The notes under the pieces were generated by a model, which was not told where the DNA came from, did no database searches, and saw only the letters and a list, made by a program, of their open reading frames with translations. The position numbers were made by a program, and so were the translations under genes. A stretch of DNA of 35,945 nt. It comes from Basidioascus undulatus. Lineage: Eukaryota. Positions 21,680-31,394 of this stretch are shown here, piece by piece (position 1 is the stretch's first letter; every line of letters begins with the position of its first letter). The stretch lies in assembly GCA_000826855.1 (NCBI GenBank), contig JTLS01000061.1, positions 1 to 35,945 of the forward strand, read 5' to 3'.

Positions 21680-22307
21680 ATGCGCTTCACTGTTGTGATC
21701 TTCGCTCTCGCGGGCACGACGGCTGTTGCGGCACTGGGCAGCTTTGGCGCACCTATCGAAAACATCACCCATCCCCTCTCCCTTGGGCCCGCGCCTCTCC
21801 CTTAGGCCCGCGCCCAATGAGCACGAAAACAAGGACAAGTGTGATAAAGTCAAGAAGCCTTGCCCGCCAGGCTCATCGTGCGTGGACGGCAAATGTGTCC
21901 CCAAGCCGCCGCCGATGTCAACGCATGTGAGATGTCGAAAGCTGAAACCTGCGGGCATTCTTTGGCTGACAAAAAATGTTGTATGCTGGATTATCAAGGT
22001 GTGAACGCGTTCCCCTAATGGCGACGGACACCTTCACATGCTGACTTGCATGCTAGTGAGCCTCTTCACAAACTGTTCTAGACTCAGACACAAGGCTGAC
22101 TACTCACTATCCCTTCGTAGTGGTCTCGACACTCAGCCCCCGACAATTGTGACCAATTGTGTGGCATACGCATTCATCGGCGGTCTGTGTCAGAACCTCA
22201 TCAACATCGTCAGCGTTGGTGGAGAAGACACCAACGCCCAGTGCCCTCTGGGAATCGGTGAAGCCCTTTACCTCGTCCAGCAACAAAAGTTCATCAGGGC
22301 CAAATAA
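21680..22307 (+). pseudogene. Small secreted Cys-rich protein gene disrupted by a 19-bp tandem duplication; 3' exon structure uncertain
   Basis: Signal-peptide-like MRFTVVIFALAGTTAVAA. Removing one 19-bp copy (21775..21812) joins it in frame to PAPNEHENKDKCDKVKKPCPPGSSCVDGKCVPKPPP. Three intron-like units with GCTGAC branch points follow, then an exon TIVTNCVAYAFIGGLCQNLINIV...QCPLGIG. Confidence 0.6.
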
Positions 22308-22879
22308 CTTACAATAGCGAGGTCCCTATAGAGAACTACAACTTTGGGGACGAGCCTGGACAAGTCGGCGTGGGACCGTGCGGCTTTCAGATCTAGTATT
22401 CCTCGCCCGTAGACACCTTTTCGTTCTGTTTTACTATTGCTTTCACGGTGGTTTTTTTTTGCTTCGGTCTTCTCTGTTGCGCCCATCGACAGTTGTGTCT
22501 TTTTCCGTAGTCTTCATGTTCATCGTTTACTTGTGCTCGTCCTGCCCGTCACGAACCAGGACACAGCTCTAAATGCTCAAACAGAACCCTCGCATCTGTG
22601 CTTTGGTTCAGTGAGCATAGCACGAAGGTGTTAGCGGGATACATGCACTACGGACAATCTGCCGGCGTGAATGGACACGGTCAGCTGAAAAGCGCGCCGC
22701 CGGTAGAAAAGAGCGATACGCACAAGTGATGAAGTTGATGCCTAAAGTGATGATCCCCCTTGATCAGCCTCGGTCAGACAAAGAAAAGATCTAGAATTGA
22801 GACGTAACGGTCAATCTGTACAGGGACGAACCTATTTCAGCCTGTGCAGCCAGACCACGAACATCTTCTTATGCACTGC

Positions 22880-23761
22880 TGAAATGCTTGTGAAAGCATG
22901 CGGACCGCGGTGCGCTGGAAGTTCTGGGAGCGACCACCGCTCAAAAGCTCCTGAAACCCCAACCTTTGTTAGCTCTGCGGCTCGGAAGAGCCAAAACTGC
23001 GTTTGCTGACTTTGAAGTCGAAGTTGTGTGCATCTTCCGCCTGGACTGTGTCGCAAATGCCCCGCCCGATTGCGAGAACGCCCTGGTCGTCGATGTTGAG
23101 GTGCTTGTTATCCATAATATCAAAAACGATTTCGGTAAGTCTACTCACTTGACATCGTCGATGGCGGCCAGGATGGCAAGAGCCTCCTCGCTCCGCCCAG
23201 CGCGAACGAGGTAGCGAGGAGACTCGGGCAGTTGAAGACCGTAGATCCCGGCAATGACAAGAACCGCGAAGACGATCTGGAACGCTACAGGGAGCCGCCA
23301 TTGGGAGGAGTTGGTGTCTATGAAGTAGCAGCCAAAATCGCTGGAAGCGCCCGCTGTTGAATCAGATTCGGAAGAAAGCTGACTTCCAAGATACGTACAT
23401 CCAGTAAGAAATGCAGATGCCGCCCGCGATGAGCGCTCTGCACCAAGGTAGGACGTGAGCATATTTGAGTTGGGTACTGGTTTTGGATTCTTCTCCTCCA
23501 ACCACGCACCCTCCACCATGACCAGCTACGGATCAAACAGGTCAGTCTGCAACCCTCGCTCGCAGCGCATTCTGCGACTCACCATGCCTCGCTTCTCAGT
23601 GCACATTCTGTAGCATGGGATTTTAGATGAATGGGAAGAAAAGAGTTGGAAGCCCTCTACTTGCCGCTCTGGACGCCGGGACTGAATAGCGTGGATAGTA
23701 AGTCGATGCTTTGAGCAGTGATTGGTGGAAGCAAAACGCACCCGTCGAGGTGAGAAGACTG
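22880..23761 (-). pseudogene. MFS sugar-porter (hexose/polyol transporter-like) pseudogene fragment
   Basis: Exon SSQWRLPVAFQIVFAVLVIAGIYGLQLPESPRYLVRAGRSEEALAIL (WR.P...Q and PESPR motifs). Upstream micro-exon pieces LLTST / VPA.QSEC / KRGM / LVMVEG are broken by frameshifts. Downstream is GGRSQNFQRT...SQAFQQ. The N- and C-terminal parts are not recoverable. Confidence 0.8.
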
Positions 23762-24925
23762 TCGCGGATCATTCGAATACTCTTATTCAGCCCCTCCCGC
23801 TCCACTTCGCAGTCAACAGTCAACAAATTCCTATCGCTCGGCGCCTGTAAGTGATGGCCAGGGCGCTGTCGCTCTCCGAATCAGAATGCTGAGCTTCCAG
23901 TGTAATGTCATATTGTTGTATCGGATCCATGATCCTGGTAATAATCTTGGTTCAGGCCCTCTCGACTTGTGTCGACGGTACGACCCATGCTGCACGCCGA
24001 CACAGCCCAGAGCTTCGCCACTCCTGGCCTGCGACGGTCTGAGATCGTCTCCCAGCTCGGTGGTCAGGAGTGAAGCCTGTGCGTCGAACAATCATTTTAG
24101 ACATGCATCAAAGGTACCTCACTTGAAAGTCAAGATGAATCAACATTCTGAGTATCGTGGAAATCAACCTCAGCTTAATCTGCCCTAGCAGGGCTTCCAG
24201 AGTCATGACGGCCAGTGATGTTCACGGGGGTGTACCGAGATTCCTTTTTTGAAGAAATGTCAGTCATAGCAATGCTGTGGCAGTTGTGTTATTAGATGCA
24301 CCAGCGACTGTCCCCCCTCCCCTACGTTCCCTCCATTTGTCCGTAAAACGAATACAGACACGCTCACTGTTTCTTACACCTCGCAGAAGTCCACAATCAG
24401 TTTTTTTTTCTACGCAGTTGATTCGAGGACGGTGTGGGGATGAACAGTAGCCAATTGATGGAGCAGCACGTCTTTCGCGTGGAAGGGTGCATGCAGTGCC
24501 GGCGTCGGAACTGGGGAGCAAGTTTATCCAGTCTTGCGTACTCTAAAAGCCCTTCTGTACTTCAGCCCACTTCCGTATTCGTCTCAGTAATAAGCACAGC
24601 TAAATGCAGAGAGACTCTTCAGGAATCATGCGAAGTCGCCGACCAGTGCCTTTCGCGCTCCTGAACGGTGCCATAACTAGGGCAATGTGCAGATTGCAGA
24701 CTGCGCATGCGCTGCAGTGCGATATTCGCGATGCTTTGGGAACGAGGCCACGCCTGCATCTTTCTTAATGTTTTCAACTCGAACAGAAGCGCGTATCCCA
24801 CAGTTTTATGCAAGTCAAGTAGTGGATCAACCAGCTTGTCAATGAAGGGCCAGCCGGTGGAGCTTGTAGCGCATCAAAGCGCATGCAGTCTGGCAACAGC
24901 AGTTGTGGCAGGTCCAGCTCTTGTT

Positions 24926-24988
24926 CTTCTTCTTTCCTTACAGGATGTTCTTCTTTCTTTCCAGGACGTTCTTCTTTCTTTACAGGGA
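24926..24988. repeat. 21-bp tandem repeat x3
   Basis: cttcttctttccttacaggat / gttcttctttctttccaggac / gttcttctttctttacaggga. Confidence 0.85.
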
Positions 24989-25536
24989 CAGCGTCTTGGG
25001 GACTTTCCAGCTAAGGCCAAACCAAACTCTCATGTGCACCTTTCTCAGGCCGCTGAACATAATGGGTCTTGAGCGCTGATGTCAGCAGTTCAACTACACC
25101 GATCAGTGGTATGTAACGTTCTTGTGAAGAATCTTGCTCCGTGCCTCACGGATACTTCAAGGTACCCACTTCATATCACTGACCGCACAACCACTCGGGC
25201 ATCAAAATCTGACGCCGAAAAACGACACACGTGACGTCGATGAAACCGACATCGCCTCGAGGCGCTTTTGAAGTGCTTCGTGCTTTGCCGGCCACTTTAG
25301 CGGGCACTGCCACCCTCTTTGCTTCTGCCGTCGACTGCAATCTCCGTCGGGGCGTTTTGTTCCTCCCACAAACCACCCTATACCTTGAGTGCTTGTTCTG
25401 CGATATTCAAACAATGTGCGCCAAAGCCCTCCTTCCCCACCGTCTCCCACGCGTCCGATCGCGCTTCCAGTGCTCACATGCGTCGGTTTGAACCACCAGG
25501 GTTTACGTTCCAGTTGTCTCTCCTCTTCTTGGCAAG

Positions 25537-26899
25537 CGAAAGGGCGGCGGCGGCGGGCGAGGAGGAGGGGGAGGTAGCAGTCGTGGAGGATCCTCTCGTG
25601 GTGGTGGCTCGAGGGGCGGTAGCGGGAGCGGTGCAGGGTCGGGGAGGATTGGGGGGTCCAGCAGTAGGCCGGTGACGGGCTCGGGTGTCCGGTGAGTCCA
25701 TCTCTATTCGTCGTGCTTCGATAGCAAGAGGAAGGCTGAGCGCTGGGACCGTCATGATTGGGGGGCATAGGGGTTCGCCGGGGGGCAGCGGAAGCCCGCG
25801 AGTCGCAGCTCTGTCGTCCGGGCCATTTGCAGGCCGCGTTGCGGGCGGCGGGACCCGCTCGAACGTGTATGGCACGAGCGCTTACGGAAGCGGGTGCGTC
25901 CTTCTCAAGGTTCCCTGGGGTCCACAGGCGCTGTTGGAGCCAGGCCCTCATTTCCTCTTTTAAATACACATACACACACACACTGCTGTGCCATGGCAGT
26001 TATCCTTATGGAGGTTCCGGCTTTATCGGCGCCCGTCCGTTCCCCTTCATCTTCTGGCCCCTTGGTATGTCGTTTCGAACCTCGAGCTTTGTCCTGTCAT
26101 CTCACCTGCCGTCCCTCCTACAGGCTTTGGCGCCGCTGGGGCAGGCTACTGGGCGTACCACAACGCCGCCGATAGACCGGGTGGCGTCCAATCCTACGCG
26201 CCCTTCCAGCTCCCATCGAACGCGACCAACACCACCTCGACGTACTACCTCATCGGAGACGCCAACTCGGTCGACGACACGCTCTCCGCGCTCCGCAGCG
26301 CGTGCAGCGTCCAGGCCGGCGTGCGGAAGACGTACGACGACAACTCGACGGACCCGGCCCAGCCTGGTCCGCAGGAGGTGGTGCGTTGCTTTGGTAGTCT
26401 CTTCCATCTATCCTGTGACGCAGTGGAGCTTCCGCCGTGCACCGCCGTGCACGCCGCAGATCCAATACTACCGGGCTTCGACATTCGCTCTCGCGCTGGA
26501 AGGATACAACTATACCACGCCCAATCTGCCGACGGAGGCTGACTCGCCCACGTCTATGACCTCGCTCGCTTCCTTCGAGTCAACTTTCGCCACGTCTACC
26601 GGCGCTGCCGCGCCATCTTCCACTTCCTCTGCCGCGCCGCCCCCGCCGCTGCCGTCCGGCCTGGACCGCACGTTCTTGGACTGCGTCAACACGACGATCG
26701 GAAATGGCGGGTCTTCTTCCAAGTTCAGCCCAGTCCTGTGTGGATCCACAGCTGAGCGTTCTTCACGCGTTCGGTCACAGATCTTCCTCTTGTAGAAGAT
26801 GGCGCCTTGCGAGGTCTCGCGACCGCACAGGGATCCATGGCGCTCGCCAGCGGGGCGTGGCTCGTGCTCTGCTTGGTGCACATGGTTTTGGGGGCGTAA
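25537..26899 (+). CDS. Conserved fungal Gly-rich surface protein, probably secreted/GPI-anchored; true start lies upstream and is unresolved
   Basis: Spliced exons give a Gly/Ser/Arg-rich stretch, GPFAGRVAGGGTRSNVYGTSAYGSGYP...RPFPFIFWPL, RPGG...YYLIGDANSV, IQYYRASTFALALEGYN and LDRTFLDCVNTTIGNDLPLV, then a hydrophobic tail MALASGAWLVLCLVHMVLGA* (TAA 26897-26899). Confidence 0.8.
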
Positions 26900-27642
26900 A
26901 ATTCGCCAAGCGAACTCATGACTATTACGACTCTGCCCGATACTTACCCCTATCCTTCATGCTGTCGCTTCGGTGGCAGTCCACCTAATAATATGTAGTA
27001 CACTGCGACGCACCAGCATCACCTGTAACGTTCTTATCGCTTGTTGAAGAATTATTATGAACGCAACGGCCACGTACGCCTTTGCGATACGGGAGTGCAG
27101 TCTTGGAATAGGGGAATCAATCCAAGGTCGGTGTATGACCTTTGGAGATCAGACTAGTTCATCTACAACTGAGCTCGGCCTTCTGGGATTGACCATATAT
27201 TGTGCCTAGACAACGGGATCCAGAACAATCGGAGACTACGGAAAAGAAGCAAGGGCATCACGGCTGCAGACAGCCTGTTTTCAAATGCACCACGTCGTCG
27301 TTGTGGCAGCCTTCCAACTGCCAGGTCTTGCATAAAAAGGCAGCTAAGCGTTGTTTTTCCCGTAGACTTTTGACTGCACTCCACTGAGTAAATACTGCGA
27401 GGAAAAGGTGGCCGGGGATGCCAAGTTCGGAACGAGCCGACACACTCGCAAGCGCTCGGCTTCGGAAGACTGCTTACAGATTCTGGCAGCTTCAAGACTC
27501 GTGTACACACAAGTGCACGGCACATGGCCTCTTTCCCTCCCCCTCCACAACTCCGTGTGTTTCCGGACCAACAGACAATCTTTGATACAGCGCTGGCCGC
27601 TCTCTACCGTCAGTCATCTTGAGCACCACCACCTCAACCGAC

Positions 27643-28553
27643 ATGTGCATCGGCAGCATTCCACAGCCAGTCCAGGAATACCTCAAAGCCCTGGACTGTC
27701 CATCTCCCAAAGCTCACGATCCGTCTTTCTTCGACCCCCCTTCTTCGGCGCTGGCTCAGGAAGCGATACAGCTCATCCACGCGCTGTTGCCATCTTGTGC
27801 TGAGAACCACGTGTGTCTGCAGCGAGGGACTGTTTCCAATAATCCCCGAGACCGATGCTCCTCAAAACAGTGCTTTTGAACGTACGCTTTCGCCCTAGCT
27901 ATCTCCGACTACGCCGGCTGGAGCGACACCAGCTCGCCCTCGTGTCCGGGCGCCGAGCTGGGGTGGGACCGCGAGCTGGTCTTCATTTCGGCATACCCAA
28001 TATTGGGTGGGACCAGCCCTCTGCGCTGCAGACCCGCCTCAGCTTCGAGCTCTAGGGCGCGATCAACGCGCGCGACTGGCTCATCGCGCATGGCGCGTCG
28101 CGCGATGCAGCGGACGAGGCGTGCGAGGCGATTTGTCGGCACTCCGACGTGGGCATTGCCGCAGGCTCGTCCCTCCGCCTCGTGCCCGCCCTCGTCTATC
28201 TCGCCGCGGGACAGGACCTCATCGGAATTTGCGAGCAGTACATCCACCCGGACGACATCCGGACATTCTGCACACGCTGGCACCGCCGCGGTCTGCTTAC
28301 GGCGCTGCCGGATGTGGTGTGCAAGGAGATGGAGACTAAGAAGGGCCGCATGGCGGAAAAGTTCGTAGGAGAGGGTGTTCTCGAGGCCTTGGAGGGGTGG
28401 ATTGCTACAAGGGACTGCAGGGAGAGCATGAGCCGGACAAGGAGTGGGAAGTACGTAGATCTGCTCTGGGCGATTTCTGAGCTTGCAGGCCATGTAATTC
28501 ATTTTGCGCGGCCGCCCCATCGCACTCTCTACCATATGAAAGCGTCAAGCTAA
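27643..28553 (+). pseudogene. HD-domain cyanamide-hydratase-like (Ddi2/3-family) pseudogene
   Basis: PSSALAQEA...ENH, intron 27811..27870, then CF*TYAFALAI (cf. NHSxRxY), DRELVFISA, a frameshift at the expected LHDIG (reads IPNIG), LSFEL*GAINARDWL, ADEACEAICRHSD and LAAGQDLIG. This is the family motif order with 2 stops and 1 frameshift. Confidence 0.8.
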
Positions 28554-29349
28554 GCTGAAGTCTTCTCTCTAACATTCCCAGTATTGTGAAGTGGCTTCTG
28601 ATGGAGGTCAGCAAAGGCCTGACATTATGCAATGTTACCATTGGGAGTTGTTGAGAAACTGATAAGCATACGACTTATTCAGGACTATTGCTTCAATAAA
28701 CCCAGAGAAAGGGCAAGAGTGGACGAACGAACGCCTAAGCGCAGGTGAGGATACTTGGGAAGTGTGAGACCCAAGACTCGGAGTGTGGGCGGTGCCGAAA
28801 TTCAGCCCTTCCACAGACTTTTGGCATTATTCTACAGCTTCTGCCTTATTATAGTCCACAAGTATTGCATGTGTTTGGGGCTACCACTAATCGGTACCTG
28901 GATATTATTCGGGCAGCTGCCGGGTTAAGCTTACGAATACTTTGTGCAACCACTTTGCTCGCATCCATAACACTACTCCTTCAATAAAATAAGAGGGTCA
29001 TTATTTGGCTTAAAATATATTACTTGAAAGGCAATAGGGGCAAACCACCCAGGGCGGACAGTGGTTCTCAGTTGAAACTGCTACAGCGCACCATCAAGGT
29101 CGATCCATGCATGATTCACCGGCTGGACGTGGTGAGATAGCTCGCTCTCGCACTCCATACGTGAAACGTTTCCTTCCACCAGATTATCTTTTGGAATCTT
29201 CTTAGATTTAAACATGAGTCTGCGGACCATGTCGGCTGGGCAGCGAGCAAGCATCGATTTGCCAGCGTGGAAAGCACCGTGCGCCCCGCTTCACCTCTTA
29301 CCACCACTTCTTGAGTCGGCATCGCGCAAACGCACAGAGCTCACTCCTT

Positions 29350-30754
29350 ACCGCTTGGATTGCCAAAATATTATTGCGCTCCACCTCTTTTCCGCTCTCT
29401 GGGATCGCCTCGTAGTCCTCATGGGCGAGGAGGAGAACGTGGAGCAGGTGAAGGCGCAGCTGAGAGCCGAGGCGGACGAGGGAATGCTTCCGCGGTAAGC
29501 TCCATCAGCCCCGATCCGCTGTTGAAATAGCATATCATGGCTCTAGGGGCGTACGTTAGGATGGATGGCATTGAGCTCCGGGTTCCAGACGAGGCAGGTT
29601 ACAAAGAGCAGGGGATCTTGGCTCTTGCCCACGCACGCCGCCGCTTCGCAGCATAGGACGTCCGCTGACGATATGTTTCGATCAGCTTCGAGATTCGAAG
29701 GCTTTCGACGCTCCTCCGTTCCTGCTCCTCCTCCTCGCAAGCGCGGATGCCGCGTATACAGCAACGACCGTCAAGCTAGGACCCGGCATCCTCCTCGAGA
29801 CGCCTGTCCAGCTCTTCATGAGTACGTCCTCTCAGAAGAAAATGGAATACCCCTTTGAAGAAAGCCGCTTTTTCTCTTCTCAACTGAAAGCCCACAGTAC
29901 CGCTTGCCGCCGCGCTGCAGACAAGGCGAGGCCGGCCAGCTCGACGCGCTCATGGCGGACGGAGGGGAGGGGCCGAAGAAGAGGCCTTTTCAAGAACGCA
30001 TCATGCAGTTCATGAAAGCAAGAAGCCTCGTTAAGGGGCGCCCAACGCGCGCAAGGAGAACGACGCTGGCGACGCCGGCGTGGCAGATCCCAGCGGTGCG
30101 AGCTACCGCTTGCTCGGTCTCCCCTCTTTCCGCCCCTTGTCCCCCCTCCGCAGACGACTCAGCCGCCCCTAATCCAGATGCGTCTCTCAAGCTGTCGGCA
30201 GAGCTCGAGTCGCTGCCGAGTGTCAACGCGCCCACGCAGACCATGCCGAGGAGGCACTCTCGAAGGAGCAGCACCTCCGCAGCGCCGTCGAGAGGAGCTT
30301 GCAGACCTGCGGAAGGAACTCGGCGACGAGCGCGCCCGCTCGAAGGGGTTGGATGCTGGGCTCGAAACCATATCCTAGCCCATGACGACGCACGGCTCCG
30401 ACGAGCTTGCTGCGCTCTCTCACGAGCACGACTCGCTCCTCCGCGCCGTTGACAACCAGGCTTGGGGCAAAGAAGTACGGCAGCGCTACTTTCGAGGAAT
30501 TCATGCACGAATGTGCCGAGGACGAGGCGCCTTCGAGCGAGGCCGAGGCCGAGCACAGCATCGTTGGTCAGGCTGCTGGGGCTGCCGAGCTGCTGAGCTG
30601 CAGCGATGCGGTCGCGGACGGTCAGGGGGACGGAGAGAGCTCGGACGAGGAGGCACTCGATGAGGGTGCATTTGCTTGGTTGGGCGCGAAGTCCTCGGTG
30701 ATGTATCGGAACCGGAAAGCGGCGAGGAGCAAGGCGGGTGGTCGGATCATTTGA
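29350..30754 (+). pseudogene. Decayed gene of unknown family
   Basis: GC-rich coding-like pieces (LFSALWDRLVVLMGEEENVEQVKAQL before a GTAAGC donor; LHEYVLSEENGIPL*; KRPFQERIMQFMK; KKYGSATFEEFMHEC with an acidic tail) lie in different frames. No family recognised. Confidence 0.3.
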
Positions 30755-31394
30755 TTTTGCATGGTCTGCCGTTGTCTAGTTTTCTTTCTCCCCTCCCGCG
30801 ATCTCATACATATTAATGACGCTACCTCTTGTGTGCCTGATTTGCTCCGAGCACCTAGCGACAGTCATCCGCGCACCAAACCCATACTTTCACTCGCAAG
30901 GCAAAGTAACCCAGGTCATATGTTCTACAAATATCGTACTCCGCAAAGACGCCCCGACAAGCCAGGAAGGCTGCTGCTAATGATACTGAACGAAGCAAGA
31001 AAGAGCGAGAGTGACAGCGAAGGAGAAAGAGTGTCAAACGAGTGTGAGGACTGCGAGCGTACGCGCAACGAAGAGACTGGGAGCGAAGGAGCGTGACGGA
31101 GGCAAATCAAGATGCTGACAGGGTAACGTGCGGTGCAGAGACGAGAAAGAAGGGGAAAGTCATGAAGGAGAGAGAGAGATCGCATGAGACGGACGGATGA
31201 AAAGGGCTCTAGAGGTACAACAAGACGTGGTGGGATGTGCATGCGTGCGAGATGTGAAGGAAAGCAAGACCGTGTAGCGAGAGATGAAAGAAACGACAGC
31301 ACAACGTAACGTCCCAGAGAGGAGAGGAAGCATGATCACGAGAGAAGAAAGGAAAGGGAGACGTGGGACGAGAAGGCGGGAGGACGGCGGCCCT

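Noticed and set aside
22726..22760. Two GTGATGA (C-box-like) motifs suggesting a C/D snoRNA
   Set aside because: No convincing D box with a terminal stem and no identifiable rRNA guide complementarity.
20957..24988. Short repeats considered as a CRISPR-like array
   Set aside because: Simple tandem repeats without spacers, in a eukaryotic context.
28053..28055. TAG at a likely Trp/Tyr position, suggesting A-to-I stop-codon restoration
   Set aside because: The same gene has a second stop and a frameshift at the HD motif, and this editing is established for ascomycete sexual stages rather than this lineage.
28560..29110. AT-rich segment considered as a solo LTR or transposon end
   Set aside because: No second copy, target-site duplication or terminal inverted repeat visible in the window.
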